Positions 1 through 19,107 of a DNA stretch of 62,000 nucleotides are shown here, one piece after another. Location of the stretch: contig MU058226.1 of NCBI GenBank assembly GCA_013265495.1, positions 84,741 through 146,740 on the forward strand. Direction: 5' to 3'. The translations under genes were made by a program, and so were the position numbers. A model generated the notes under the pieces. It ran no database searches, was not told the origin of the DNA, and was given only the letters and a program-made list of their open reading frames with translations. This DNA is from Vicugna vicugna. Taxonomy: Eukaryota. Each line of letters starts with the position of its first letter. Positions within the stretch are counted from its first letter, which is position 1.

Positions 1-180
1 GTGTTCCCCCAAAATGCATGTGTTGAAGCCTAATCCCCAATGTGAGGATGGGGCCTTTGGCAGGTGATTAGGTCTTGAGGAGGGGAGCTAATGAATGAGA
101 TAAGTGCCCTTATAAGAGAGCTCCCTTACCCCTTCTACCATAGGAAAGAGGGAGATCTGGCCTCGTGGACCATGCTGCTG
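1..180 (+). mobile_element. ERVL-MaLR (MLT1/MST-like) LTR fragment
   Basis: TGTTCCCCCAAAAT..TGTTGAAGCCTAATCCCCAATGTGA..GGGGCCTTTGG.AGGTGATTAGGT..GCCCTTATAAGAGAG is a typical MaLR 5' motif series. Confidence 0.7.
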
Positions 181-184
181 GTCC

Positions 185-900
185 CCTAAACTGAGCATGT
201 TCCAAACCAAACTGATGAAATACCATCGGAAACCTCTTTCCCTATCTCTGTTGACAGCACCATTTCTCAGCTCCCTTATCTGAAAACTTGGTGCCTCTTC
301 CACCTCCCTCCTCCCTTTACCTTTGGTGAGCTGTCAAGCCGAGTCACTTCTACCATCACAGTGTCTTTTGGATCTGTAACTCTTCCCCAACTCTTGCTGG
401 AAAAATGACCCCACCTAGGATTATTGCAACAGCTCCCCTAACAGATCTCCCTCTTTCCTATGGCTCCCTAAGCCAAGTCTTCCTTGACACTGCCGTCAGC
501 TTATCCTCCCTAAACACACTCCTTATATAACCCCGCTGCTCAAAAGCCCTTCAAGATTTCCTGTTGCTTACTCAACTGTTTACAAAATTTTAATCTGGCC
601 TTCAACCCCTTCCATAATTTCAAATCATCCAGCTTTCTCCAGAACCACGCTGTATTATCATCACTCCCACCTCCAGGTCTTTGCCCAGCTGTTCTCACAT
701 CTAAGACCTCTTTCTCCAGTCTCTGCCTGTTACAAACCAAATTGCTTGCTGCTTCTCGTATGTTTCAGACCACATCTAAGCTTTTCCTCAGTGTTCTCCC
801 TTGCTTCACATCTGCATCCCCACTTGGCCAAAATGTACCTATCCTTCAAGGCCCAGGTCAATTCACCCCCTGACCACAGCAAGAAGGAATCTCTCTCTAC
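185..900 (+). mobile_element. Degenerate LINE-2 fragment (ends approximate)
   Basis: AAACTGAGCATGTTCCAAACCAAACT and ATTATTGCAACAGCTCCCCTAAC resemble L2 3' motifs. Confidence 0.5.
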
Positions 901-1092
901 TATGAGTCGGACTAAAGCAGTGAGTTTCTGAGCACCACTACCAGACTGAATATTCCTAAAGGGCAAAGGAAGTATCAGTATGTCACCAACAAAGCCCATT
1001 AACAATTCCTGGGAAATAAAAATAGAATCTGGGGATAAAAGAAAATCTAAACTTTGAGAAAAAAAAAAAAAAGCTCCAGGCGTTCCTTGAAA

Positions 1093-1272
1093 CAATGATT
1101 CTCACCCCTGGCTATACATTAGAGTCATCTGGGGAGCATTTAAAAATCCCAAAGCCCCGGTTACATCCTAGACCAATTAAATCACAATCTCTTGGGAGTG
1201 GGACTCAGGTATCAACATCTCTTAAGATATCCCCAGCTGATTCCAAAGGGCAGCCAAGGTTGTGAATCACAG
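1093..1272. mobile_element. MER5-type hAT-Charlie DNA element
   Basis: CAATGATTCTCA..CATTAGAGTCATCTGGGGAGC..AGACCAATTAAATCA..GCTGATTCC..GCAGCCAAGGTTG. Confidence 0.7.
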
Positions 1273-1799
1273 GCTTGGAGGCACTTTCAGGACCACCAGG
1301 AGAGGAGAGACCAAAAGGTGTGGCTTCAACTACAGCAACTTTCTTTAGGAGAAAGGGATCTGTGTCTAAGTTAGGTACATTGTTTACTTTATCAGGATTT
1401 TTCCCCCATCTCTTCATCTCTTCCCACCTGACATCTTGATGTCCCCACCTTACCTAGTGAGTTACTTGAAGGCAGGAGCAAAATCTGGCTTATCTGGGGT
1501 TTTCAGATCCTCACTAGACAAAACCTCTTCTACCAATCTTTTAAATGAATTGAATCAAAAGGAATTAAGCAGAGAAAAAAAATAAATGAAAACGACTGCT
1601 CTCAGATCTCTTCACCTCACCGAGAATCCTCTCTCAGAAAGTGTATTCAATTCAATTCTCCCACCTTACCTTAACTCCCTCCAAACATGGTTCCCTTGGC
1701 TCTTGCACCCCTGTCAACAGAGATTCCATCATCCAGGAGAGTCTTTGGCCCCTAGAACACCCAGCACCGACTGGGAGCTCAGATTTCCCCATGATTCAG

Positions 1800-3790
1800 T
1801 CTGGGTCATCATGCTCCCATTGAATCCTCACTGAAGATACCGTATCTAGCTTACTGCCTTCCTCTCTACCACCACCTCTGCCATTTCATTTTTGGCAGCT
1901 TCAATATCCATGCAGATAACCATACAGCATCCCTGTCAGTTCCTTCCTTTCCTCACCTCCATTGATGATTTCCCGCTCCCAGCCCTGTATCATATCTTTG
2001 ATTTGGTTACAACCAGTAATTGCCGCCCCTCCAAAATCTCTTCAGTTTTTTTCATGTCACACCCTCCTCCTCCACCCAGTACCCCTGTTCCAAAAATTCT
2101 TCAACTTCACCCAGAACTCCCATTCATTGACTCTCTCACTCTCCTCTGCTGTTTGATCCCCTCATTTCTCACCTCCCTCAGTACCTACTGCAGCTCCCAA
2201 GGGTCCACACTAGATTTGCCTTTCAGCCCTTGCTTTGTATTCCTGGCCCCTCCCCATTCCACACATTTTATCCCTGGTTCAATACAATCCTGTCTGCACC
2301 ACACCTGCACCCAACAACTGACTATGTGTGGGGGGGGAACACAGTCATACCTACTGGTCTTGCTTCCTATAGGCCTCCAGGAATGGCCAAGCCTGCATTT
2401 CCCCAGTTGGTCACATTCCCCAAATCTGAGACCACAGTTTCACAACATGACAACCTTCCTTCCTATTTCAGTGAGAAAATAGAAACTTTCAGAAGAGAAT
2501 TTCCTCATGGTCCCACCCCCAGATCTACCAGGCTACCTGCATCCCTGTTGAATTCATTGCCTTCCCCTTGTTATGGCGGAGATGCTGACCTGCTCCCAGT
2601 CCTCACCCGATCTGTGCACTGGGATCCCATCTCTTCTCACCTGCTCAGAAATGAGACTCTTGAAATTGTCCCCTATCTTGCCCACATGATCAGTTTTCCC
2701 CTCGTTGCTGAAACATTCCCATCACCATACAAACATGCTATAATAATAGAAGTCTTCCAGACTGCTAAATATTAGAGAGCCTCAGGACTCTACAATTGGC
2801 CCTCTCTTCTGCCCAAATCCAAGCTTCCATGCTACCTTAGCCCCTTCATTGAAGTTTCTGCTTTCATTTTTGACTGATACAGTCCTTCCTTCATGTAGAA
2901 GCCAGAGTGCTCTTTTACTCTTTTTTCCGGGGGGAGTTATTTGTTGTATAACTCAACATTGTTGAGGTTTTTTCGGGGGGGTGGGGAGATAGGTACTTAG
3001 GTATTTATATATTTATTTATTTAAATGGAAGTACTGGGGATTGAACCCAGGACCTTGTGCATGCTGAGCACGTACTCTACCACTGAGCTATACTCTCCCC
3101 ATCCTCAGGGTGGTCTTTTAAATTATCAGATGATGTCATTCATCTCACTCAAACCCTCTGATGGCCCCCAAGCACAATTAGAACAAAACCCTTACCTCGG
3201 CCTGTGAAGCCTACCTGACCCAGTTTCTCCCCACCTCTCTGACTGCATCCCCTCCAACCCTTTCCCTTGCTTACTCTGCTTCACCCACTCTGGCCCCTTT
3301 GCTCTTCTTCTAGCTGCCATGAATTTAGCATAAAAATCTAATTCCCTCCTGCCTCAGGGCCTCTGCACTCGTGTTTTTTTCCCCTGGACACTCTTCCTTC
3401 AGATTGCTGCATGCCTGCTCCCTTACAACACTCACGTCTTTGCACAAATGTCACCTCCGAAAGGAGGCCTGCCCTCATCACTTGATTAAAAACAGCACCA
3501 TATACACCTGGGGCATTTTCTATCCATTGCCTTATCCAGCTTTATTGTGTTCACAGGACTTGCTACTTTAATTTTCTTTCTTTTTGATTATTATTTATTT
3601 ATTTGTCTAATACCCCCTTGTAGTACACAATTGACATTATATTTTAGTGACTGATTTTGATTGCCTATTATCTTCACTTGAATAGAAGCCACAAGAGATC
3701 CAGGGCTTTTTTCCTCTGTCTTATTCCCAGAAACTAGTACACTGCTTGGCACAGAGGAGGCCCTTAATAAAGATTTGCTGAATGACTAAA
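1800..3790 (+). mobile_element. Degenerate LINE-2 remnants interrupted by a SINE (ends approximate)
   Basis: Pyrimidine-rich L2-like body. CCTCAGGGCCTCTGCAC and the L2 3' terminus GCTTGGCACAGAGGAGGCCCTTAATAAAGATTTGCTGAATGA. Confidence 0.55.
2967..3100 (-). mobile_element. tRNA-derived SINE (camelid Vic-1-like)
   Basis: Reverse complement GGGGAGAGTATAGCTCAGTGGTAGAG...GTCCTGGGTTCAATCCCCAGTAC with A and B boxes and an (AAAT)n tail. Confidence 0.85.
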
Positions 3791-5025
3791 GAAGTAGCTC
3801 CCGGAGTTGTGTGAGGAGAAGTGACATAACATACATGAAACACTTAGAGCAAGTGGTACTGTGGTCATCATTCACGGTCGGGGGTGGTATCATTAAACAT
3901 TTCACAATGGAAAAGGCTGCCTTTCAAGGCCTTATCCTCCCTGAAAACCCTGCCCATAAGGAAGGCACAAGCAAAATGGATCAGGAGCAGAGAAGAGAGA
4001 GGAACTATTTTGACATAAATCCCGCAGAACTAAAAACTACAGAAACCATCAAAGCTAAACAGAAGGGGAAATTTATTTAGCCTTTGGAAAGCTAGAAATT
4101 TTGTCTCTTATGCTGATGACAAATGGCAGACAGTAAATGCGGCATATGGTTCCATGTGGTGAGGACGGAATGCAGGGGAATGTGAGGGTGTAAAAACTCC
4201 CAACCAGCTTGATGCCTACTGACAGGGCGGCACGAATGGGTACAGGAATACTCTGGAAAAGCTGAGATTGACAAGCTGGAGACGAATAATATGTGTGGAA
4301 AGTGGCTTCCCTTCCTTATATCTCCTGCCTTGTGCTGCGTCCTCCACCTGCAACAAATCCCTTCCATCTCTACATGTCACAGTTACAGCCATCCTCCAAG
4401 GCTCAACCCTTTGGAATCCTTTTCAGATCACCCCGGTTGGAAATAACTTCCCTGCCACTGATCACTTTTGCCCCTGCATCTGGAGCTTTTGTTAACTATC
4501 ACTATTCTTGTTAGACTACTGATGGGGAGTTCGCTATTTATCTCCATGTGTCATTGACTAATTCTGAGTCCTCAGTAAGGATTGTTGAATGGATAAGAAA
4601 AGAACTGTTCCCTGGAAAACTGAATTTTCCTCTTGGTGGGTGTGGAGTCAAAAGACACAACCAAGCCAAAGATGGGGAGAAGGAGGGATTTAACACTTGC
4701 AGCAAGTAAGGAGAACACGAGGGACCTTTCCCAGAGCAGTGTGTTCTTGAATAGCAAAATTGGGGAAGTTTTAAGCTAAGGGTACATATATATTCATGAA
4801 AAGGCTTGAGCAGAGGAGGATTTAGCATAGAATTTAGGCAAAGACTGACAGAGTCCAAGCTTTAGTTGATTGAAGTCAAGAGGGTCAGAAAAGGTCAACA
4901 CCAGCACCCCTTAGGTTCCTGTTGGTCTAGTGGTTGAGTGCTTGAAGGGGAAGTTAAATTCTGCAAAATGGCTCGAGAAAGTGCTTCAGGCTAGTTCTTA
5001 TCATCAAAATTGAACTGGGAGTCTT

Positions 5026-6010
5026 CCAACAATACATTAAAAGGATCATACAACATGATCAAGTGGGATTTATCCCAAGGATGAAAGGATTTTTCAGTAT
5101 CCACAAATCAATTGGTGTGATACACCGCATTAACACATTTGAGGAATAAAAACCATATGCTCACCTCAAGAGAGGCAGAAAAAGCTTTTGATAGAATTCA
5201 ACCTCAGGAAGAGGGTAATAGCTCAGTGGTAGAGCACATTCTTGGCATGCACGAAGTCCTGGGTTCAATCCCTAGTACCTCCATTAAAAAAGTTCAGCAT
5301 CCATTTACGATTAAAAATGCTCCATAAAGTGGGCATACAGAGAACGTACTTCAACATAATAAAATCCACACATGACAAACCCACAGCTAACATCATACTC
5401 GATGGTGAAAAGCTGAAAGCATTTCCTCTAAGATCAGGAACAAGACAAGAATGTTTACTCTCGCCACTTTCATTCAACATAGTTTTGGAAGTACAGCAAT
5501 CAGAGAAGAAAAGGAAATAAAAGTGGTCCAAGTTGGGGGGGGAGTAAAACTGCCACTGTTTGCAGATGACATGATACTATACATAGAAAATACTAAAGAT
5601 GTTACCAGATGAATTTGGTAAAGTTGCAGGATACAAAATTAATAGACAGAAATCTGTTGCATCCCTACACACTAACAATGAAATATCATAAAAAAAATTA
5701 AGGAAACAATCCCATTTACCATCACATCAAAAAGAATGAAATACCTAGGAATAAACCTACCTAGGGAGGCAAAAGAACTGTACTCTGAAAACTATAACAC
5801 TCTGATTAAAGAAATTGAAGACGGCACAAACAGATGGGAAGATAGACCACGTTCTTGGATTGGAAGAATCAATATTGTTAAAATGGCCATACTACTCAAG
5901 ACAATATCCAGATTCAGTGTGATCCCTATCAAATTACTAATGGCATTTTTCACAGAACTGGAACAAAAAAAATTTTTAAGTTTGTATGGAAACACTTAAG
6001 ACCTTGAATA
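5026..6010 (+). mobile_element. LINE-1 ORF2 (reverse transcriptase region) fragment, disrupted
   Basis: Remnant peptides [52 protein letters not shown] and [10 protein letters not shown]. Confidence 0.95.
5206..5290 (+). mobile_element. tRNA-derived SINE nested in L1
   Basis: GAGGGTAATAGCTCAGTGGTAGAGC...GTCCTGGGTTCAATCCCTAGTACCTCCATTAAAAAA. TSD-like AGAATTCAACCTC (5193-5205) and AAAGTTCAGCATC (5289-5301). Confidence 0.88.
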
Positions 6011-7094
6011 GAACTGGAAGCCTTTACAACTGATTCATTGTCTTTGCTATTGTTACTTCTTTTGCCTGGTATTGCATTGCATTGTTCCCCTTAAAATCTT
6101 TATGATTGAGACCCGTTCAAGGGCAAGCATTGTGGCTAGGCTTAGATCACAAAATGGCTTGAGCCTCAAATGGCTTCTCTTATGTTAAAAAGCTATTATC
6201 TGGTTCTTTTCTTATGGGGACCCCACTATCCTATCTGCTTACAGAATCTTAGGTCACCCATTTGGAAGGGAAGTGTCATGCTCTGTGTGTGCTGAGACAA
6301 CATGGAACCACCAGTAGCTCACAATTACCTCACAGCAGCTCCTGAACATCTCCCTGGGTTCTGCCATCAGCCTAGATCCTTAATGAAGGCAAAACAATGC
6401 CCTTAATGGGGCAGGGCAAGGAGAGCAGTAGAATATGGCCAGGTCCTCTGAGAGCCCACGTTCTCTAGCCAGGCCTGGGGATATAATCCTCCGGGTTTGT
6501 ATCCCTTCTTGCTGATTCTTTAGTGACTGTCTCCAGAGAACTGAGCCCTAGCATAATAGGACTCATGGGGCAGGGAACTGGGAGAGAGCAAGCAGTGTGA
6601 GTCCATCAACATTCATGCAGTAATACTTTGTGGGGGCAGCTTAGGCTACTGCCCATTTCTGAGCTTTCACCTCTTGGCCCCTTCCTAGTCCTGTGTTTCT
6701 CAAGCTGAGACCTGGGGAACCTACAGATCCATGAATGTCTTCTCTGGGGACTTCTCAGTCCTCTTATAAAACTTAAAAATTTTGTGTTTTCATTTTAATG
6801 GATCATCTTCTTAAAAATAAAAATATTTTCATTTTGGATGATTTGGATTACTGTTTTTAGGGGTTTCAGTGCCTATGTTTGTTTTTATGTATAGTCACAG
6901 TGGTGACAAGGGATTCTCTTAAGGAGGCAAATTTGACTATTTAATTCAGTTTTCCTCAGTATGGGGTCTTTTGGTGTATTCTCAGAGGTTCAGCCCTAAC
7001 TCATTCTTTAGATGGCAGCAAAAAATGCCTCATTCTCAAGGAGTATGCCCTCGTCTCTCATTCACTCTCATAGCATCACACACACTTCTTCATA

Positions 7095-7230
7095 CCGCTG
7101 TAATTACTTATTCTCCATGGCCAGACTATAAGTTCCATGAGAGCAGAGACTGTCTAAGTATCCCCAGTTCCTAGCATTCTGCCTGGAACATAGCAGATGC
7201 TCAATAAATATTTGTTGAATGAATGAATGG
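7095..7230 (+). mobile_element. LINE-2 3' end
   Basis: ACTATAAGTTCCATGAGAGCAGAGAC..GCCTGGAACATAGCAGATGCTCAATAAATATTTGTTGAATGAATGAATG. Confidence 0.75.
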
Positions 7231-8083
7231 AGAAGAAGAGGAAACAAAAGAAATAGAGACAAGATCCATGCCCTGTGGACTGTGTTCCAGTGATGGAACT
7301 GAAACACACACAGAAAACAGTAAGAGAACATTACAAAGCAATACACTTGTAACAGAGTACAGTTTCTTTTAACTGAGAGAAATGAATCTCTGAAGGGTCA
7401 TTGGAGTGGACTTCTCAGTTAAGGCACACATAATACAAATTAGCAATCTTTGTCCATGGATTAGGGTATAATCAAATCTTTTGTGACTATTCTAAACTTT
7501 CCGCCTTTCCCAGAAATCCCTGAAATGAAAAGGGGAAGAGGGAGGGAGAAAAGGTAGGTTAATTTTCAATAGGAACACGGGGATTCTAAGAATCGGAGTA
7601 TTTAGCCTTAGTCACAGTGGACTAAGGTTACTCTGGCACAGAGCCCAGAAATAAAACTTGAGGTAAAAAGAAGTCTAGGTTAGTGATCTGAGGCTCAACA
7701 CAGAAATGGAGAGGACTGTTTTGGCACAAGTCTGTGGTTAGTGATGAAATTACCTCCCCTCCTGGCTGTCCTGGCGCGGCCCTTGCAGTTTGGGGCACAG
7801 CGGTACGGTGTTAGAGAGCAAACAGAAGAGGGAGCCAAAGTGAGGTACTGAGAATGGAATTCTCCTCCCCTGAAGAGCTGTGGTGGCTGAACCTGTGCAG
7901 GGAGCTGGACAAGCAAGGCTGAATCACAAAGGGGACCTACACCTTTTATTAGGAAGAGGAGGACCAGTTTTCCACTGATACACCCAGTGGAGCAGGTTAC
8001 ACTAGTTATATATGCAAAATATAGGACAAACTAAATGGGCACAGAGCAAGGGGTGAAGAGAATGGCATAAGATTATTCTAGAA

Positions 8084-8246
8084 TCATGCTATTCAAAGTG
8101 TGGTCCGTGGACCAGCAGCAACAGCATCCAAGAGCTTGCTAGAAATGCAGACTTGCAAGTCCCACCCTAGACTTCCTTAATCAGAACCTGCTATTTAACA
8201 AGTTCACCAGATGATACGTATACACATTAAAGTTTGAAAAGCACTA
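8084..8246. mobile_element. MER5A-type DNA element
   Basis: TTCAAAGTGTGGTCCGTGGACCAGCAGCA..CTTGCTAGAAATGCAGA..TTTAACAAG..CATTAAAGTTTGAAAAGCACT. Confidence 0.75.
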
Positions 8247-8639
8247 AGACTTCTGGAGGAAGAAGAGGTGGGAAAGCATTGATAAATATGAGGGGAAAGG
8301 TAAGGAAAGCCTCAGGTGATCCCTCAAGGGAACGGGACAGTTAGGAAGAGAGTTCATTTTGAAGCACCCTAGACTGAAGGGGAGAAGGAGCAGACGGGTG
8401 GATCCTGGCTGGGCGCCCTGAACGTAGGGATAAGGTGATTAGCACAGGTGAGCCCGAGGTTGCCAGATACAATGCTGGTTGCTGCCGCTATCATTCACCA
8501 CCAGCTCCACAATTCCCCACTCTATCCTCATTCGCCACAATCTCCCTTTCCAGGACTTCTCCAGACTTTGACTCTGAATAGCTTGGCCAGGCAACCTCGC
8601 CTAGTTCGGTTCGATTTGGCCTAGGTCGGTTGCTAAGGC

Positions 8640-8955
8640 CTGGAGCTTCCCGGTTGCGGGGTTGGGAGGAGTGGTGGGGTTTGGGGGCGGGGTGGGAAAT
8701 GATGTCATGTCCAAAAGGCGGGCTAACCAGACTTCCCCTCCTCCCGATTGGCTGCCAGGAATTTGACTAGATTCACCGTCTCGCGGGCTCCAGGGTTAGC
8801 TGTCAGCGTCTCTCCCCAGCTGCCCCCTGGCCCCCAAGACCGTCCTCTCCGCTTGGGGCAAGACTCCGAGCACAGTACTCAATAGCACTTAGCTTCGGAA
8901 GAAGTGATTCGAATGGTCCAGCTGTTGCCACCAGGCGATGAGCTTCGGCCGCCAG
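8640..8955 (+). promoter_or_regulatory. FKBPL: FKBPL promoter and probable non-coding exon 1 (donor CAG|GTACT after 8955; probable acceptor at 9198-9199)
   Basis: CpG-enriched, with a GC box GGGGCGGGG near 8684 and ATTGG (inverted CCAAT) near 8747. A T-rich tract ending TCAAG at 9199 precedes the coding exon. Confidence 0.55.
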
Positions 8956-9269
8956 GTACTTTTTGACTGGATCGACTGTCCGTAGTTGGGACGGCTACCC
9001 AAGCCGCAGGGAATTGTGGAACTTATAGTTCTAGGTTAGTTCGGGGTTGGAAGGGAGGCTCGAGCCGAGCAGAGATTTTTGGAGGAAAAAAAGAAAAAGA
9101 GGATTTTGAGGGCTGGGACCGGGTCCTAGGAAGACAGGAAAGTCGTCTAAATAAGAATCCTGCTGTTAGCGTTGTTTTGACTTTTTTTTTTAAATCAAGT
9201 GCTGACCAAAGGTGCCATCCCTTTCTGACCGAAACTGTTTACCCACGGTGAAAGGGACCAGGCACCCAA

Positions 9270-10319
9270 ATGGAGACGCCACCAGTCAATCCAATGGGAG
9301 AGAAGGACACCTCTCAACCGCAGCAACAATGCGGAAAGAACTTCCGGAAGAACTTTGATTCAGCTACTCAAATTAGACAGCAGCCCCGAGACCCTCCTAC
9401 CGAAATCCTTGAGCTGAGAGTGAGCCCAGATCCAGCCATCCAAATTCTAGAGAATCCTCAAGAAACTGAAAATCTGGCCGCTGGACTTGAAGGAGACTCT
9501 GATAAGTCTCATGGATCAGCCAGTGAGATGCCAGAGCCCCTTGAAGCTTCTGACCTCTGGTACTGTCCTGATGGGAGCTTTGTCAAGAAGATCATAACCC
9601 ATGGCCATGGCTTGGACAAACCCAAGCTGGGCTCCCGCTGCCGGGTACAGGCTTCTGGATTTCCTTTGGGGTCAGGGCTGCCAGAGGGTTGGACAGAGCT
9701 AACTATGGGATTAGGCCCATGGCGGGAGGAATCCTGGGGGGAGCTCATAGAAAAATGCTTGGAGTCCATGTGTCAAGGTGAAGTGGCAGAGCTTCAGCTC
9801 CCTGGGTGCTCTGGACCTCCTATCAGGCTCACACTGGCCTCCTTCACTCAGGGCCGGGACTCCTGGGAGCTGGAGGCCGCCGAGAAGGAGGCCCTGGCTA
9901 GGGAAGAACGTGCAAGGGGCACAGAATTATTTCGAGCTGGGAACCCTGAAGGGGCTGCCCGATGCTATGGACGGGCTCTTAGGCTGCTGCTGACTTTACC
10001 CCCACCTGGCTCTCCAGAACGAACTGTCCTTCATGCCAACCTGGCTGCCTGTCAGTTGCTGCTAGGGCAGCCCCATTTGGCAGCCCAGAGCTGTGATCGG
10101 GTGCTGGAGCAAGAGCCTGGCCATTTAAAGGCCTTGTACCGAAGAGGGGTTGCCCAGGCTGCTCTTGGGAACCTGGAAAAAGCAAGTGCTGACTTCAAGA
10201 AGGTGCTGGCAGTAGACCCAAAAAACCGGGCAGCCCAGGAAGAGCTGGGAAAGGTGATCATTCAGGGGAAGAAACAGGATGCAAGGCTGGCTCAGGGACT
10301 GCGCAAGATGTTTGGCTGA
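9270..10319 (+). CDS. FKBPL: FK506-binding protein-like (FKBPL/WISp39), 349 aa, single coding exon, degenerate FKBP domain plus C-terminal TPR repeats
   Basis: Intact ATG-TGA ORF METPPVNPMGEKDTSQ...AQGLRKMFG. TPR motifs ERARGTELFRAGNPEGAARCYGRAL and HLKALYRRGVAQAALG. Lies immediately upstream of ATF6B, as in mammalian MHC class III. Confidence 0.97.
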   Translation: METPPVNPMGEKDTSQPQQQCGKNFRKNFDSATQIRQQPRDPPTEILELRVSPDPAIQILENPQETENLAAGLEGDSDKSHGSASEMPEPLEASDLWYCPDGSFVKKIITHGHGLDKPKLGSRCRVQASGFPLGSGLPEGWTELTMGLGPWREESWGELIEKCLESMCQGEVAELQLPGCSGPPIRLTLASFTQGRDSWELEAAEKEALAREERARGTELFRAGNPEGAARCYGRALRLLLTLPPPGSPERTVLHANLAACQLLLGQPHLAAQSCDRVLEQEPGHLKALYRRGVAQAALGNLEKASADFKKVLAVDPKNRAAQEELGKVIIQGKKQDARLAQGLRKMFG

Positions 10320-10324
10320 TTAAA
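10319..10324 (+). terminator. FKBPL: FKBPL candidate poly(A) signal ATTAAA overlapping the stop codon (second ATTAAA at 10483-10488)
   Basis: Sequence reads TGATTAAAA at 10317-10325, followed by GT-containing downstream sequence. Confidence 0.55.
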
Positions 10325-10619
10325 AGTTAAACCTTAAAAGAGACAGGAACCTGGAATTGTGGTCTACGCTGTGAGATGGGGGAGGGGGCGGCCAGAGGGA
10401 GGGTTTCACCGATATCCCTTTCCCAGCTTTTGCCTTCCTAGGGGAGGTAGCAGGTCTCAGGGCGCTTCTTTACCCTTTTACCATTAAAAAGCCATATGTC
10501 ATGTGTGCTATGGGTTTTTTTTGGGGGGGGTTGCTTATCCATCTCCGAAGATGAATAGAAGCCGTCCAAACGAAATTTAGGACTGGCTAAGGGAGACGGC
10601 ATACCTTTAAAACCTGGGA

Positions 10620-10894
10620 GCTGCACTTCCTAAGCGATTTCTGGCTGGGTCCAGCTGGCGCATGCGCAAACCTCACTGCCCAGTACTGTGGAAGCGCGGG
10701 CGTTCCGCGCTCGCATTGGCCCGGGCTGTACAGCCACCGCTTCTATTGACTCACGTGCTCAGTACCCAGGTCTCTTACTGGTCTATAGCGCTTCCGGGAC
10801 GCCCCCCCGCTTTTTAAGAGTCAACTGATTAGTTGCTGATGGGGAGAGGCGGGCCTTGGGAACCGTCTCATGGTTGGGGGGTGGGGGGGGAAAG
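10620..10894 (+). promoter_or_regulatory. ATF6B: ATF6B CpG-rich promoter/5'UTR
   Basis: NRF1-type GCGCATGCGC at 10658-10667, ATTGG at 10715-10719, TGACTCACGTG (AP-1 plus E-box) at 10747-10757, ETS CTTCCGG at 10791-10797, and YY1-type AAGATGGCGG over the ATG. Confidence 0.7.
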
Positions 10895-18673
<7,779 letters not shown>

Positions 18674-19107
18674 CCTCTGCTGCTCACACTGACTTAGAAC
18701 TGGGGGGCAGGGGTGGGGCTGACCGAGTGGGACTGTTTTGAATTTTCCCCATCCCTGGGCTTGGGGCAATTGGTCAAGGAAAGACAGGTGAGGGGTTAAG
18801 CACCTATTTGGAGGGGGGTGGAATTTTACCTCTCTTCATGCCCCTTTTTGGAATATAGGGCTTCTCTCATTTCTAGGAACCCCCAGTCCCTCCTTCTTTC
18901 TTTGAAGGTGTTGAGTGAGGTTAAGTGTGGTGGGGGAGCTCCTGTACACTGTTTATTCTTTTGTTTCTGTTTGGGGGGGTGGAGGTGGGAATTTAGTCCC
19001 CAGGTGGGACAAGGGGAGTTTTTACATTTGGGACCTAGTTACTGGGCGTAAAGGAGGCATGGTGGAGGGAGGCCAGGTTGATGTTTGTGCATATCTTCTT
19101 TTTTATT

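Larger units (their letters stand above)
4606..6243 (-). mobile_element. Solo ERV1-like LTR split by an L1 insertion (LTR parts ~4606-5025 and ~6011-6243)
   Basis: TG...CA ends with GAAC/GAAT 4-bp flanks. LTR-like AAAAGACACAACCAAGCCAAAGAT..CTTGCAGCAAGTAAGGAGAAC. Confidence 0.6.

Noticed and set aside
1892..2775. 196-aa and 181-aa ORFs
   Set aside because: They lie in decayed L2-like pyrimidine-rich sequence, use non-ATG starts and show no recognisable domain.
3025..3100. tRNA gene (also at 5206-5290 and 49288-49396)
   Set aside because: A and B boxes are present, but the copies are divergent, have A-rich tails and (for two of them) target-site duplications, so they are SINEs.
5139..5999. 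Reverse-transcriptase-like ORFs as an active element or novel RT system
   Set aside because: Fragmented L1 ORF2 with stops, frameshifts, deletions and a SINE insertion.
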